64,000 nt of DNA. Source: Bdellovibrionota bacterium (GTDB taxonomy: Bacteria > Bdellovibrionota_C > UBA2361 > JBGSMV01). The position numbers and the translations under genes were made by a program. Positions 37,472 to 46,453 of this stretch are shown here, in pieces. Position 1 is the first letter of the stretch; each line of letters opens with the position of its first letter. The notes under the pieces are model-generated. The model ran no database searches and was not told the origin of the DNA. It saw nothing but the letters and a program-made list of their open reading frames with translations. The DNA lies in the NCBI GenBank assembly GCA_041739995.1, contig JBGSMV010000080.1, forward strand, positions 34,738 through 98,737. The letters run 5' to 3'.

Positions 37472-38380
37472 TCAGACTGCCACCGGGTGCCAGGTCGTCT
37501 TTATCTCAAGCATGCTTTCGAGCTCAGTAAGGGAGTCTGCCTGAGCCGACTGGGCAACTACCCGCTTAAGATTCTCACCGCCAAGAGCTCGTACCAAGGC
37601 AATATCATCCCTCTCTTCGCGGGGAAGACAAACCGCACCGATATCCATGTGAGAACCAAGTGGAGTTAATAGCTCATCTTTGAGACCAGAGAGCAGATTA
37701 ACCACTCCCGCAGGAACATCTGAGGAAGCGAGCACTTCAGCGAAGCTAAGTCCCACGGTAGCGCTGCGCTCAGAGAGCAGCACTATCACTGCGTTTCCCG
37801 CGCACACTGCCGGTGCAAGTGCACGTACAAGCCCAAGAAGTGCGGATGATTCAGGGGCTACGACCCCCACCACTCCAATCGGTTCAGCGCAAGAGAAGTT
37901 GAAGAAATTTCCCGCTACAGGATTGATGCTCCCAAGCACTTGCTGGAACTTGTCGGCCCATCCTGCATAGTGGACAATACAATCAATCGCCGCACCTGTC
38001 TCAGCAATCGCCTGCTTCTTCGTCGCCCCGAGCAAGATTAACTCTTTCTCGAACTGGTCTCGACGGCTCTCAAGCATCTCAGCCATTCGATAAATTATCT
38101 GCGCTCGATTGTAGGCCGTGCGGCTCTTCCACACAGCGAACCCTTTATGCGCAGCAACCACCGCGTTCCGAATATCCTTACGGGTTCCTCTACACACATG
38201 CGCGACTAATTTCTGCTTAGATCCGACAACTGGGTACTCGCGTTCTGATTCGGAGCGCACGAATGCCCCGCCAATGTACATCTTGTAAGTCTTTAGGACC
38301 GGGACACGCCCGTTCGCTTCAGCCATAGAGGACTTGTGCTGCACCTTCCCGTTACTCGAAGTATCGCGCTTTGTGCTCAT
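37472..38380 (-). CDS. Aldehyde-dehydrogenase-like protein truncated to the N-terminal/NAD-binding portion. It has no catalytic Cys segment and is 302 aa
   Basis: ALDH-like blocks (YKMYIGGAFV; IVHYAGWADK; PIGVVGVVAP) are present but the catalytic domain is absent. It overlaps the upstream full-length ALDH by 4 nt. Confidence 0.55.
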   Translation of the reverse strand: MSTKRDTSSNGKVQHKSSMAEANGRVPVLKTYKMYIGGAFVRSESEREYPVVGSKQKLVAHVCRGTRKDIRNAVVAAHKGFAVWKSRTAYNRAQIIYRMAEMLESRRDQFEKELILLGATKKQAIAETGAAIDCIVHYAGWADKFQQVLGSINPVAGNFFNFSCAEPIGVVGVVAPESSALLGLVRALAPAVCAGNAVIVLLSERSATVGLSFAEVLASSDVPAGVVNLLSGLKDELLTPLGSHMDIGAVCLPREERDDIALVRALGGENLKRVVAQSAQADSLTELESMLEIKTTWHPVAV

Positions 38381-39879
38381 GAACTTGCTCCAATCGACAG
38401 GTAAGGCAACAGCCCGTGCAGTCCGCCCTCTCTACCAAACCCGCTCTCCTTTACTCCTCCAAACGGAGAAGAAGGGTCAAACTTATTGTAGGTGTTAGCC
38501 CACATCACACCCGCATCAATCTGAGAGGTAACCTTAAAAATCTTCGAGCCCTTGTCGGTCCAAACGCCGCCAGAAAGTCCGTAGCGGGTGTTGTTTGCTT
38601 TCTCAATTCCTTCTTCCGGAGTGCGAAAGGTTTGAACCGTCAATACGGGTCCAAAAATCTCTTCCTGCACAATTCGAAAGGATTGTGAGACCTCGGTGAA
38701 AACTGCAGGCGCGCACCAATATCCTTTACCTGGCAGGACAGCGGAGCTCTGAAAAAGTTCTGCGCCTTCGCTTTTTCCAATCTGAAGATACTCTTGGATT
38801 CGTTCCAGCTGAGATTTCGAATTAATGGCCCCTATGTCCGTGTTTTTGTCGAGCGGATCACCCACTCGCAGCGTGGCGATACGGTCTTTAAGTTTTCGAA
38901 TTACTTGTTTGGCAACTGATTCCTGAACCAGCAAACGGGAACCCGCACAGCAAACGTGTCCTTGGTTAAAGAAAATGCCGTTCACAATTCCTTCAACCGC
39001 CTGGTCGATGGCCGCATCCTCAAATATTAGATGCGCAGCTTTGCCACCCAGCTCAAGCGTTATCTTGGCCGAACGCTGCGCATTCGCGGCCAAAATCAAC
39101 TTCCCGACTTCGGTTGACCCGGTAAACGCAATTTTATCTACGCCCTTAGCTTTCACCAAAGACGCTCCAGTATCACCGCCACCAGTTATAATATTCACCA
39201 CTCCGGGCGGCAGATCAGCTTCTTGAATAATTTGGGCCAGCAGTAAAGCGGTGAGAGGTGTGGTCTCCGCGGGCTTTAGTACTACCGTGTTACCCGTAGC
39301 GAGAGCGGGCGCGATTTTCCAAGCAGCCATCAACAGCGGAAAGTTCCAAGGAATAATTTGAGCAGCCACTCCAAGCGGCTTGGCGTCTCTTCCCTTTAGC
39401 GCGTAGCGCAACTTGTCAGCCCAGCCTGCATAGTAGAAAAAATGTGCGGCGCTTAGTGGAATATCAACACTTTTTGATTCGCGTATCGGCTTGCCGCCGT
39501 TCATGGATTCGACAATCGATAATGTGCGCGCCTGTTCTTGAATGAGTCTGGCAATACGAAACAGGTACTTGCCACGTTCGAGGCCCGATAACTTTGACCA
39601 GTACTTAGTATGTGCGCGTCGCGCGGTGTCGACTGCATGAGCGACATCTTTCTCGCCCGCATCCGGAACGCGCGAAAGAAGTTGCTCATTGGCAGGATTG
39701 ATGACTTGCCGATACTTGCGCGAGATGGGTTTTGTAAATTTTCCACCAATAAACAGATCGTAGGATTTTTCTATTGAAACATGCTCATGCGCTTCAGGTG
39801 CGGGCGCATACTCGAAAGGCAAGTCTTTCCCGGTACGAAAGTCCAAGGGAGCTGGTGAAGTCATGGGGGTCTGCCGCAT
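38377..39879 (-). CDS. NAD(P)-dependent aldehyde dehydrogenase
   Basis: FTGSTEVGKLI, the ELGGK(A) Glu motif and FNQGHVCCAGSRLLVQ with the catalytic Cys. 500 aa. Confidence 0.85.
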   Translation of the reverse strand: MRQTPMTSPAPLDFRTGKDLPFEYAPAPEAHEHVSIEKSYDLFIGGKFTKPISRKYRQVINPANEQLLSRVPDAGEKDVAHAVDTARRAHTKYWSKLSGLERGKYLFRIARLIQEQARTLSIVESMNGGKPIRESKSVDIPLSAAHFFYYAGWADKLRYALKGRDAKPLGVAAQIIPWNFPLLMAAWKIAPALATGNTVVLKPAETTPLTALLLAQIIQEADLPPGVVNIITGGGDTGASLVKAKGVDKIAFTGSTEVGKLILAANAQRSAKITLELGGKAAHLIFEDAAIDQAVEGIVNGIFFNQGHVCCAGSRLLVQESVAKQVIRKLKDRIATLRVGDPLDKNTDIGAINSKSQLERIQEYLQIGKSEGAELFQSSAVLPGKGYWCAPAVFTEVSQSFRIVQEEIFGPVLTVQTFRTPEEGIEKANNTRYGLSGGVWTDKGSKIFKVTSQIDAGVMWANTYNKFDPSSPFGGVKESGFGREGGLHGLLPYLSIGASS

Positions 39880-39906
39880 ATTATTCAGTCAGTTTAACAA
39901 GCGTAT

Positions 39907-40896
39907 CTAATCTTTACTGAAATACTCCGGATTTTGATATCTTCCGGTTTTTTCTTTCAGCAGTTGCATTTGAATATCATTGGCGAGTCGACTGGCACCA
40001 AAACGGAAGAGATCGGGCGTAAACCAGTCGTTTCCCAAAGTCTCATGCAGCAATACAAGATACTGACTCGCATCCTTTGAGGTCGCTATGCCACCTGCGG
40101 GCTTCATGCCTATGCGTTTTCCGGTTCTATAGTAAAAGTCACGGACAGCTTCCAGCATGACTGCCGTAACCGGGAGAGTTGCCGCGGGCTGTACTTTCCC
40201 GGTGGAAGTCTTAATGAAGTCAGCTCCTGCATACATGGCAATATCGCTGGCGCGCCGCACGGCATCGAGTGAACCGAGTTCTCCTGTTTCCAGAATTACT
40301 TTTAGGTGGGCGCTGCCGCAGGCTTCTTTAATTGTAGCAACTTCATCAGAGATAAACTGGTAGTCACCTTCTAAGAAGCGCCCCCGAGAAATGACCATGT
40401 CTATCTCGTCTGCCCCCTGCTCGACGGCACGGCGCGTCTCCTCTACTCGTTCGCTTAAGGCCGCAAGTCCACTAGGAAACGCAGTGGAGACCGAAGCTAC
40501 TTTTATGTTTGTTCCTCGAAGTGCTGCTTTCGCGATTGCTACAAAAGTCGGATACACACAAACCGCGGCAACATGCGGCAGTTCAGGAAGCTCCTCGATG
40601 TGCTGGCGCGCCTTAGCGCAGAGTTGCCGGACCTTTCCTTCGGTGTCCTTACCCTCCAAAGTGGTAAGGTCCATCATGCCGTAGGCGGTCAGTAAAAGTT
40701 TTACTTTGGCAGTTTTTTTGAGGCTGCGGGAATTTAGGCGCGCGATGCGCTCGTGTAGTGCTACGGTGTCAATGCACGCAGCGGAGGCGCGCTCGTGCGG
40801 CAAGGCCTCAGCGAGACCGAGGCTTCCCACCCCGCTCTGTTTTACGCTGTGCTTTCCGTTAGAAGCGGCTGCGATGCTTGGCGACCCGTCGTTCAT
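39907..40896 (-). CDS. deoC: Deoxyribose-phosphate aldolase (long, DERA-like form)
   Basis: DMVISRG..., KVILETGEL and the Schiff-base lysine region ADFIKTSTGK. It is 329 aa with an N-terminal extension, so the true start may be internal. Confidence 0.75.
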   Translation of the reverse strand: MNDGSPSIAAASNGKHSVKQSGVGSLGLAEALPHERASAACIDTVALHERIARLNSRSLKKTAKVKLLLTAYGMMDLTTLEGKDTEGKVRQLCAKARQHIEELPELPHVAAVCVYPTFVAIAKAALRGTNIKVASVSTAFPSGLAALSERVEETRRAVEQGADEIDMVISRGRFLEGDYQFISDEVATIKEACGSAHLKVILETGELGSLDAVRRASDIAMYAGADFIKTSTGKVQPAATLPVTAVMLEAVRDFYYRTGKRIGMKPAGGIATSKDASQYLVLLHETLGNDWFTPDLFRFGASRLANDIQMQLLKEKTGRYQNPEYFSKD

Positions 40897-41147
40897 GCCT
40901 TGGAGGCTACCCTTTTCCGTAAGGGGTCTAAAGGAATTGCATGCGGCGCTCGGCTATAATTTGAACACATCGATGCTTCTCCACGTCGGAAGCCAGCTAT
41001 GCTTAACTCCATGAAAACACTTACAGGTTGCCATATGCTATCGCGGTGGCACGGGGTCACGAGTGGTGACCTAGTGAGCATCGAAGCCAAGGGATGATTT
41101 TATTAGCACTTAAATTGTAATAAAATCAGTGTAATAGGCGGATATAG

Positions 41148-41555
41148 TTGAGTTTATGTATAGTTTTCTATATAATCTGCTTCATGAATGCTGAAGATTT
41201 AATTTATCCCAGATCGAGATTTCAAGTTTTACGTACGTTGAATTATTCCGAGACGCCAATATCACTGCATGAGATCGTCGATCGCTCTGGGTTAGTAGTC
41301 GGCTCAGTGCAATCTGCATTGAGTTGGTTACTTGAAGCTAAGGTTATTTCAACACAGAAACTCAATAATCGACGATGCTTTCGAATCAAGAATAAATCTG
41401 TGATTGAAATTGTTTCAAAACTACAAAACGTTCTTGCGCCGATGGAACTCCAAGAGCGCGCCAAACAATATCAGAATAGGGCACGGAACTTATTGGAAGA
41501 CATTGAAGATCGAGTAAGGATAATTCACAAAGCTCGCAGTTCAATGAAGTTATGA
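41148..41555 (+). CDS. Small winged-helix DNA-binding protein, a putative antitoxin/regulator partner of the downstream nucleotidyltransferase
   Basis: wHTH-like ISLHEIVDRSGLVVGSVQSALSWLLEAKVIS. 135 aa. It overlaps the downstream gene by 4 nt and has an AT-rich upstream flank. Confidence 0.45.
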   Translation: MSLCIVFYIICFMNAEDLIYPRSRFQVLRTLNYSETPISLHEIVDRSGLVVGSVQSALSWLLEAKVISTQKLNNRRCFRIKNKSVIEIVSKLQNVLAPMELQERAKQYQNRARNLLEDIEDRVRIIHKARSSMKL

Positions 41556-42178
41556 AATTGAGTGAACTGTTTGAAGCAGCAATCAAAGAATTAGTGAAGC
41601 TCAATTGCGCCTTTGCAGTTGGCGGCGGGCTCGCCGCTGACCTGTATAGAACTCAGAGCCGAGTAACAAATGATGCGGATTTCTTATTCCTTACGGAGGG
41701 CCTGGAAGTAGAGACTGGAAGGGGACTACTGGAGAACCTCGACTTGAGCGTTGGAGAAGTGAAATTGCACCAGCTTGTGCGCTCTCCCCAGATGAATAAG
41801 AAATCATCCGAAACCTACATTCTTGTAGGGCGCAAAACTCGAGATGAACCAGGAGTCGATCTTTTACTTCCACCATTCCCGTGGTTTTCTAATGCACTAG
41901 AAAGGGCGAAATCAAACTTAATCGATTTTGGATTCGGAGCTGTGCCTACACTTACCCCCGAAGATGTTATTCTCGCCAAGCTATTTGCCAACCGTCCGAA
42001 AGATGTCGATGACATAATTTCGATATTTGAATCGGGTAAAAGTTTAGATATCGCCTATCTGGCCGCAGAAATGGATCGACTGAAATTTACGTTGCCAAAA
42101 GAAGCTGTAAAGAACGCTCCAATGAGTTTGCAGAGGTTTGTTAAAAGAGCTGTACAAAAGAGAAAATCTTTTCCTTAA
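41552..42178 (+). CDS. Pol-beta-superfamily nucleotidyltransferase (AbiEii/MNT-like) and putative toxin component
   Basis: AFAVGGGLAADLYRTQSRVTNDADFLFL matches the minimal nucleotidyltransferase G[GS]-x9-R-x-T-x-D-x-D motif. 208 aa. Confidence 0.5.
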   Translation: MKLSELFEAAIKELVKLNCAFAVGGGLAADLYRTQSRVTNDADFLFLTEGLEVETGRGLLENLDLSVGEVKLHQLVRSPQMNKKSSETYILVGRKTRDEPGVDLLLPPFPWFSNALERAKSNLIDFGFGAVPTLTPEDVILAKLFANRPKDVDDIISIFESGKSLDIAYLAAEMDRLKFTLPKEAVKNAPMSLQRFVKRAVQKRKSFP

Positions 42179-42192
42179 CTGAGTCTGCCTCT

Positions 42193-42230
42193 GGATTCGC
42201 CTCAGAGATGCTGGGGAAGGGATGCTGGGC
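42193..42230 (+). repeat. Copy 1 of a recurring intergenic ~25-nt motif GGAYTCGYCTCAGAGAKGYTGGGG (...GATGCTGGGGAAGGGATGCTGGGC)
   Basis: Read directly. The same oriented motif recurs at ~44303 and ~49593, all three outside credible CDSs. Confidence 0.55.
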
Positions 42231-42254
42231 AAAGTACTCGCTCCTAGCTACTAA

Positions 42255-44153
42255 TTAAGATGGACGAGCCTTCCCCCGCTTCTCTAGTGCTCGGGCTTTA
42301 AACCCCGCCAGGTCTCTTGGCGAAAGCCCAAGTTCGCTCATTACCCTTCGTGCGCCGAGTTCAGGAGGAATTTTCTCAGATGGAAATCCTGGCAGAATGC
42401 GGTGCGTAGAATCTGCCTCTTGAGAACCATCTGGATACCCCACTAGAAGAACCTCAGGATGCAACGGGTTCACCATGATGCCTGCAGAAGCGAGTGCGTC
42501 TTTAAGTGGATAGTTATGAGTAGCGACGAGCACTCGACACTCATGTGCAGCAAGTACTTCAAGAATGTCCACGCCAATCGGCGCGGAGGCACCTTCCGAG
42601 GTTCCACTACCGATCTCATCGAATGCCACGACACTACAAGAATTGAGTCCCCGATCTAGTTCAGGCCTCAACCACTGAATCTCTTCGCCAAATCTCCCCT
42701 GTGTGGACTCGTGGTTGTTCTGCTTTGGCACCGAAAGAATAAAGCGAGTGGCTGGCGAGAAACTACCTTCGCGCACGAAGCTTCGTCCCCCAACTTGTGC
42801 CAGCAGCCAATTGGAGAATACGTCCTTAAGCCAGCTCGTCTTTCCTCCACTGTTGGGACCCATAATAATTGTTGGCGCGGCATCTACGACTGACGCAGCA
42901 TTGTATACCCACGTCTCCTGCTCAGCATGTAGCGGACTGCCCATATCCTGTGCTGAAAAATATGCGCCGTCAGACGGGACCAATCGCATGAACGAAGAAG
43001 GATGAGTCGATGACTCGGCGAATCGATTGAGCGCGAGAAACTCTCGAATAAGTGCTGTGGCACCCAACAGGGGCGGAACTTGCGTTTGTGCCTTAGCTAC
43101 AAATTCATCCACAAATGCGTACTTGAGCGCCACTCCACCCGCTGCCGTGTAGGCCAGAGCTCCGACTGATGCGATGCCCGCTGCCGTCAACACCCGCAAA
43201 CTTGCGGCAGACATCTCGGTGCTACCAAGAAGCATCACCACCCCCGTCGCCGCCAGAGCGGCTGGAATGTACAGAGGAAAGGAGCGAACCGGATGCAAGG
43301 CGAGTGGATGAAAGTTCATCGAAAGCAGCCCACCCTTGGTATCCGCCGGTTCAAGGCCGCGCGGCGTGAATCGAGCTCCATTGGTGTGAAGACGGGATAG
43401 TTCCGAGTCGGCAAAAGTCCTCAACTGGGTCACAGCCGAACGTAACAGAGGTGACTGCGGCTCAGAAATTTTTTCGAGATCGGATTTAAACCTATCTAAC
43501 GCTCTGCGATTCCGATTGTACCAGGCTCTAATGGTGAGCGGGACGAATCGATCTTGAAGTCTGTTTGATGGTCCTGCAAGAAGGGAAACGGCAGACTCAA
43601 CAATAGAATCGCTGAGCATCGACTCGAATTGAGCTGCGAGCTTCGGATTCTCGCTCAACTCTTTTACTGCCTGCTGTCGCGCGCTGATCTCGCCCGGAGA
43701 GGTGGGAAGTTTAGAGAACGATTGAGTTAGAGCAAGAATATCTAGACCGCTCGCAGGCGAATCTCTGAAGATGCTGGCCACCTCGAAATTCTCAGCAAAA
43801 TGCGTTCGTATATAGGCCTTGTCCTCTGAACAAAGGGCGATGTGACCAATAAGGGACGGCATGCCAAGCGCCTCCCAGGTTTCGGAGGGAATTGAACTAT
43901 GGCCATAGTGGAGCGCCAAAGACGAAATTGAAATCGAGCGCCTCCAGTCTATCAACCGGTCTAAACCGCTTTGGATTTGTCTCGCGTGCTCTGCGACTAA
44001 CTCGTCGCACACCGCCGCGGTGACCAGGACACCCGATTGAAAATTGCTTTCATTCAGTGCGAGTTCCGTCGACGGGGCAGCTCCAGTCGGGACCGCCAGA
44101 AGAGCGGGGGGCGGAACAGGCCGTGGGACTGGTATTTGCGATGGTTCAGGCAT
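42255..44153 (-). CDS. MutS-domain-V (ABC-type ATPase) protein with a long unrelated N-terminal region containing hydrophobic segments. It has no mismatch-binding, clamp or Smr domains
   Basis: Walker A IIMGPNSGGKTSWLK, followed by a signature/Walker B-like VVAFDEIGSGTSEGAS...LVATHNYPL in the MutS C-terminal ATPase order. The N-terminal 400 aa are unassigned and include possible TM helices (AALAATGVVMLLG...). Confidence 0.55.
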   Translation of the reverse strand: MPEPSQIPVPRPVPPPALLAVPTGAAPSTELALNESNFQSGVLVTAAVCDELVAEHARQIQSGLDRLIDWRRSISISSLALHYGHSSIPSETWEALGMPSLIGHIALCSEDKAYIRTHFAENFEVASIFRDSPASGLDILALTQSFSKLPTSPGEISARQQAVKELSENPKLAAQFESMLSDSIVESAVSLLAGPSNRLQDRFVPLTIRAWYNRNRRALDRFKSDLEKISEPQSPLLRSAVTQLRTFADSELSRLHTNGARFTPRGLEPADTKGGLLSMNFHPLALHPVRSFPLYIPAALAATGVVMLLGSTEMSAASLRVLTAAGIASVGALAYTAAGGVALKYAFVDEFVAKAQTQVPPLLGATALIREFLALNRFAESSTHPSSFMRLVPSDGAYFSAQDMGSPLHAEQETWVYNAASVVDAAPTIIMGPNSGGKTSWLKDVFSNWLLAQVGGRSFVREGSFSPATRFILSVPKQNNHESTQGRFGEEIQWLRPELDRGLNSCSVVAFDEIGSGTSEGASAPIGVDILEVLAAHECRVLVATHNYPLKDALASAGIMVNPLHPEVLLVGYPDGSQEADSTHRILPGFPSEKIPPELGARRVMSELGLSPRDLAGFKARALEKRGKARPS

Positions 44154-44270
44154 GCGCCTCCTCTCTCCTCAGAAGTCGCGGCAGCTTATAGAGCGATATT
44201 CAGACAGTCAAACGATGTTATTTCAGCGCCTTATCCCACTACTGTGCAAGTAAGAGCGCCGGAAATGTCC

Positions 44271-44318
44271 CGCTTCAGGACTTCGTCTCAGGACTTCGTC
44301 CAGGACTTCGTCTCAGAG
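44271..44318 (+). repeat. Imperfect tandem repeat of a 12-14-nt unit (TTCGTCYCAGGAC) x3-4 leading into motif copy 2
   Basis: Read directly: ggaccttcgtctca / ggacttcgtcca / ggacttcgtctca, consecutive. Confidence 0.55.
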
Positions 44319-44340
44319 AGGTTGGGGTGCATCTCTGAAG
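44303..44340 (+). repeat. Copy 2 of the recurring motif (GGACTTCGTCTCAGAGAGGTTGGGGTGCATCTCTGA). TCAGAGA ... TCTCTGA can form a 7-bp hairpin
   Basis: Read directly. It lies in the 650-bp AT-rich gap between the divergent 44153 (-) and 44800 (+) genes. Confidence 0.55.
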
Positions 44341-44799
44341 AAATGGAGCGAGCCTCCTTGTAGAGGCTTTTAGGTTGGTAAGGGTCGACAGGCCCCTCCC
44401 CAAGGTCTCTGAGGGAATGGGAAGGATTGATTACGGCATTAAAGAGCATAAACCGCCACTTCAAATAGACATTTTCATCTACACTCTGGTCTATTTAAGT
44501 GCCCGACTTCGCTGTGGCACTAGAAACATCATTAACATATTGTATATAATAAGATTAATTTGGATTTGATTTAATGAGGAATCTCACTTTATATCTCCAT
44601 TTTTGGCTGAATAGCCTCAAATCTAACAAAAAAAGCATTTTACGTACCTAAGAAATTGCTCAGTCGTATAACTATGCCTACGAAGCAAGTGAGGGCGGCT
44701 CTTTCGGCTATTACTTAAACAACTCCGGGCATCAGTGATGGCTGGGCCTTCTCCGCCTCTACTTAAAACTTAGGAATCTTCAAACTTAGGGATCCGAGC

Positions 44800-46263
44800 A
44801 TGACAACTACAATAGCAACCGTCGCTGACATTCATCACGGACCAAAAGCCTCCGGGCATGGGTCCAGTTTCAAAGCAACCGACGAAGCCCTCCCACGAAC
44901 ACGAGCTCTCGTAGCCCATGTAAATGACCTAAAGGCCGTCGATCACACTCTCAATCTCGGAGATCTCATTGAGCACGCTGGTACAGACGCGGCCGCCGAT
45001 CGTAATGCGATGATTGCCGGTCTTAACGTATTGGGCTCTCTAAAAACCCCTTGTCACCACGTAGCGGGCAACCATGATTTGATGAATTTGTCCGAAGCGG
45101 TCGTTGCTGAACTCTTTAAACGCGAAGCTCTTCACTTCTCGACAGACCTCGGGGATCACCATCTGATAGTGCTCCACTCAAGAGCCGGTCAACGCGATGG
45201 CAGTCAGATTTCTGTCGACTCGGCCCAACTCAAGTGGCTTGAACAAGAGCTCATTCGGACTGAGAAACCAACAATCGTCGCAGTTCATCATCCACTCTCC
45301 GATCAAGATCTTTCAAACAATAGATGGTTTGCGGAGCACCCTCAGTGCGCTCTTATTCAGAACCGGGATGAAATAAGAAGTCTCCTTCAGAGACATGGGA
45401 ATGTGATAGCGGTCCTTAACGGACATACCCATTGTAACAGTCTCGAACTCCACGATGGAATTCCTTATGTGACGCAGAACTCCCTGGTTGAAAGAATTGG
45501 TACCCAAGGGTTAGTAGCAAACACCCATGGATTGGTAACTCTGAAAGATGCCCAGTTTGGAATGGAGATCTTTGGAAACGATTCCACCATTTCGAGCCAT
45601 GAAGAGATCGCTAGGCGCCTGGGCGACACCTATGACTCAATCGCCCAAAGCTATAGAGAAAATACTGCTGCGTACGGGCAGGCCGAGTGCAATGAATTTG
45701 ACCGCTTGGCGGCGATGCGTGGAAAGCGGTCCAATTTATGCGTCGTGGATTATGGGTGTGGGCCAGCTCGAGATGCCAATCACTTTATGGGCTGGGGGTA
45801 CAACTATGTGGGAGTAGACGCCTCACGTGAATTTATTCGGCACGGACGCGCAGCATATCCGACAGCACAATTTCATCACGGAGACTTCGCTACACTGCGC
45901 CTAACCCCAAATTCAGCAGATATCGCGTGGCATTCATCAAGCCTACAGCACGTACGGCGCGATACGCTTCCGCAGGTTCTCGAACAAGCATACAACACCC
46001 TTAAGCCGGGAGGTCTTTTCTATGCCCACTACCGCTCAGGGGAGGGAGATAGCATTCAAATATCCGGCGAATATGGTCGCCCGATTGCTCGGCCTATTTC
46101 ACTGTACGGTGAAGCCGAGATGCAGGCAGCGCTCAGACAAGCTGGCTTTGAGATAGTTCGATCGTGGACGTTCGATCATCAATATCCCGGGCTCAAGGGA
46201 ACAACCGTAAAGTACAAATCAAAGGTCATCGCTCGGAAGCCAGAGTCGGGAGCGGCGCTATAG
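44800..46263 (+). CDS. Fusion of a calcineurin-like metallophosphoesterase (N-terminal) and a class I SAM-dependent methyltransferase (C-terminal)
   Basis: VADIHHGP..., GDLIEH and VAGNHD metallophosphoesterase motifs in the first half. VVDYGCGPARDANHF (MTase motif I) and LKPGGLFYAHY (post-II) in the second half. Confidence 0.65.
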   Translation: MTTTIATVADIHHGPKASGHGSSFKATDEALPRTRALVAHVNDLKAVDHTLNLGDLIEHAGTDAAADRNAMIAGLNVLGSLKTPCHHVAGNHDLMNLSEAVVAELFKREALHFSTDLGDHHLIVLHSRAGQRDGSQISVDSAQLKWLEQELIRTEKPTIVAVHHPLSDQDLSNNRWFAEHPQCALIQNRDEIRSLLQRHGNVIAVLNGHTHCNSLELHDGIPYVTQNSLVERIGTQGLVANTHGLVTLKDAQFGMEIFGNDSTISSHEEIARRLGDTYDSIAQSYRENTAAYGQAECNEFDRLAAMRGKRSNLCVVDYGCGPARDANHFMGWGYNYVGVDASREFIRHGRAAYPTAQFHHGDFATLRLTPNSADIAWHSSSLQHVRRDTLPQVLEQAYNTLKPGGLFYAHYRSGEGDSIQISGEYGRPIARPISLYGEAEMQAALRQAGFEIVRSWTFDHQYPGLKGTTVKYKSKVIARKPESGAAL

Positions 46264-46453
46264 GTAGGCTACTAATATTGCTCCATAGCGTTTGGGAGCA
46301 AGATTACTCCAACGCGGTAACGCCTTCAAGAAGCACGAATTGAGCCGCCTATTAGGAGGCGCGTATCTGGGTGTTCGCAAGCATTTGTAAGAAAGTTTTC
46401 GCCAGTACTTTAAGGGGGCAATTCTCCCTGACCCAGTACCAGTGCAGCCGAAA

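Noticed and set aside
44271-44340. Possibility that the short tandem repeats are a CRISPR array
   Set aside because: The units are 12-14 nt, directly abutting with no spacers, and number only 3-4 copies. This does not fit a repeat-spacer architecture.
44037-44363. Plus-strand ORF (108 aa) across the tandem repeat encoding SQDFVQDFVSE-like repeats
   Set aside because: It overlaps the start of the MutS-like gene on the opposite strand, and its apparent repeat peptide just mirrors the non-coding DNA tandem repeat. No support as a gene.
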